From Nitrospirota bacterium (GTDB taxonomy: Bacteria; Nitrospirota; UBA9217), in NCBI GenBank assembly GCA_963754875.1, contig CAVWHO010000008.1:379066-443065 (forward strand): DNA of 64,000 nucleotides, given 5' to 3'. Shown here piece after piece: positions 62,444 through 64,000 of this stretch (the first letter of the stretch is position 1; each line of letters opens with the position of its first letter). Position numbers and translations under genes: made by a program. The notes below the pieces were generated by a model, which was given only the letters and a program-made list of their open reading frames with translations, had not been told where the DNA came from and searched no databases.

Positions 62444-62950
62444 ATGAATCTCAATCCTTTGGAGCAACTGAATCTGATCACCATGGCGGCGATAGCGGCC
62501 ATCTTTCTGGCGACCTTCTTTATCTTGAAAACGGTGCTTTTCACCCCCTTGATCGACGTGATGGAAAAAAGGGCCGGCAAGCTGGAGAGATCGCGCGCGA
62601 GGTATCAGGAAGCCGGCGTATTGACAGAGCAGGCACAGGAAGAAGCTGCGAGGATCGCGGCCGAGGCAGCGGAAACAGCAGCGCATCTTTCCGAAGAGGT
62701 CAAGGGAGAGTTCACCAGAATTCGGGAGTCAAAACGCGCTCTGGCCAATGCCGAGGCGGAAAGAATCCTTGCCAGCGGACGGGAAGAGGTTGCGCGTCTC
62801 AAGGGATTGGAGCAGGCCCGGCTGAAAGAGCATCTCCTGACGTGCAGCAAGCAGACACTGGTCAAGATGATCCCCACAGTGGATGAGGAAGCTCTCCGGC
62901 TGGTAGTCAACCGGGTTCTTACGGCCAGAGGAGCGGCAAAGCAATCATGA
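62444..62950 (+). CDS. atpF: ATP synthase subunit b'
   Basis: N-terminal TM, LFTPLIDVMEKR, coiled coil. Confidence 0.8.
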   Translation: MNLNPLEQLNLITMAAIAAIFLATFFILKTVLFTPLIDVMEKRAGKLERSRARYQEAGVLTEQAQEEAARIAAEAAETAAHLSEEVKGEFTRIRESKRALANAEAERILASGREEVARLKGLEQARLKEHLLTCSKQTLVKMIPTVDEEALRLVVNRVLTARGAAKQS

Positions 62951-63483
62951 AAGAACTGATCCAGGAAGTGCTCCGCCAGATCACCGGGGAACCATTGATT
63001 TTTACGGTCGAGCTCGTGCAATTTATTCTGCTCGTCCTCATCATCCGGTTTCTCCTTCCCCGGATTGTGGGGACCGCTCTCAAAGAGAGGAGCAAACGCA
63101 TTGCCGCTGAGGTGGAAAAGGCCGATCAAGCGGATGCGGCATATGCGAAAGCCGGACAACAGGCCGCTGCACTGATAGTTGCGGCCTGTGCGGAAGCCGG
63201 GAGGACCATCGAGGCAGCGAGGACAGCCTCGCAGGAAGAGCGCCGGGCCGGGCTGGACCGGGCGGAACAGGAAGCCAACGCGATCCTTCTCCAGGCCGGA
63301 CAAGCCATCGAGACCGAAAAAGAACGGGTGGCCAGCGAGGCGTCCGAACAGCTGGTCACGCTCATCACGCTCGTCACCCGTCGCTTTATCGAAGAATCAC
63401 TGACGGAAAGCGAGCGCCGGGCAGTGACGCAAAAGCTGATTCTCGCCAGCCTGGACGAGATGGAAGGCACCGCATCCCGTTAG
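62947..63483 (+). CDS. atpF: ATP synthase subunit b
   Basis: QFILLVLII TM, LKERSKRIA, Ala/Glu-rich coiled coil. Confidence 0.85.
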   Translation: MKELIQEVLRQITGEPLIFTVELVQFILLVLIIRFLLPRIVGTALKERSKRIAAEVEKADQADAAYAKAGQQAAALIVAACAEAGRTIEAARTASQEERRAGLDRAEQEANAILLQAGQAIETEKERVASEASEQLVTLITLVTRRFIEESLTESERRAVTQKLILASLDEMEGTASR

Positions 63484-63525
63484 TGAGCACCATACGACAT
63501 AGTACAGGTGAAGGGCACTGCAACC

Positions 63526-64000
63526 ATGGAACAGAACCGGCATAAGCGTGAAGAGTCCGCCCTGGGCTCCCTCTTAAAAGGCCTGCGCGAACCCGTTGTT
63601 CTCCTCGAAACCCAGATCCCCCTTGATCCCCTCCTCGTCGATCAACTCAAGTCAAAGCTGTCGGCTGTTGCAGGAAGAGAGCTCTCGATCGACGTAAAAG
63701 TAAATCCGCGTCTGGATGTCGGCGCCCGGCTGATTTTAGGAGGAGAGAAAAAACTCGACCTCGATCTCCGGCGGAAACTCCTGGAAGACCTGGAATCACA
63801 ATTTGCGGCGCTAAAACGAGAGGGCCTGACGACAATCGAAGAGACGGCCGCGCACCTGACGAGGATCATCGAGAACACGGAGCCGAGGCTCCGTGTCGAA
63901 GAACTGACCGACATTGGGGAAGTCCTCCAGGTCGGCGATGGCATTGCGATCGTTTCCGGACTGCGGGGAGTAGGTTCTCAGGAACTCGTCCGTTTTCAGC
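63526..64000 (+). CDS. atpA: ATP synthase subunit alpha with N-terminal delta-like extension (runs off the window)
   Basis: My translation is open from ATG 63526 to the window end and reaches DIGEVLQVGDGIAIVSGLRGVGSQELVRF. It is absent from the ORF track because there is no stop codon. Confidence 0.88.
   Translation, partial: MEQNRHKREESALGSLLKGLREPVVLLETQIPLDPLLVDQLKSKLSAVAGRELSIDVKVNPRLDVGARLILGGEKKLDLDLRRKLLEDLESQFAALKREGLTTIEETAAHLTRIIENTEPRLRVEELTDIGEVLQVGDGIAIVSGLRGVGSQELVRFQ

Noticed and set aside
60727..64000. Calling the operon a Na+-translocating N-ATPase
   Set aside because: No atpD/atpC upstream, two b subunits, and the c subunit lacks the Na+-binding signature.

Overview
Bacterial genomic window. 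The gene content suggests an anaerobic Desulfobacterota- or Nitrospirota-like organism, but the taxon cannot be fixed from this sequence. Its core (12.3-32.4 kb, minus strand) is a complete OmcS-type cytochrome nanowire locus: NHL protein, omcS, a second OmcS-family hexaheme, a beta-propeller lipoprotein, an outer-membrane barrel, two CsgG-like lipoproteins, a PPIase chaperone, 26-heme and 16-heme cytochromes and another NHL protein. This matches my recollection of the Geobacter omcS-companion (osc) cluster. Two features stand out. First, the second lipoprotein is expanded to about 1940 aa by 14 Calx-beta-like repeats. Second, the GEMM-I riboswitch upstream of omcS has G at the ligand-discriminating position, which predicts c-di-GMP rather than the cGAMP used in Geobacter; duplicated REC-PilZ/PilZ modules and four sigma54 promoters lie nearby. 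Similar sets of modification genes (GT2, GT-C/TMTC-like, membrane spermidine-synthase-like, TPR) flank the cluster on both sides. Also present: a kinase / REC-HEPN / MotB-like operon, a heme-c kinase and a heme-c chemoreceptor, UPF0182, vapBC, pcm, and the start of an atypical F-type ATPase operon with a nearly glycine-free c subunit and a delta-like domain fused to alpha. Three single-base frameshifts are probably consensus errors. Comparisons to Geobacter loci are from memory and need a database check.
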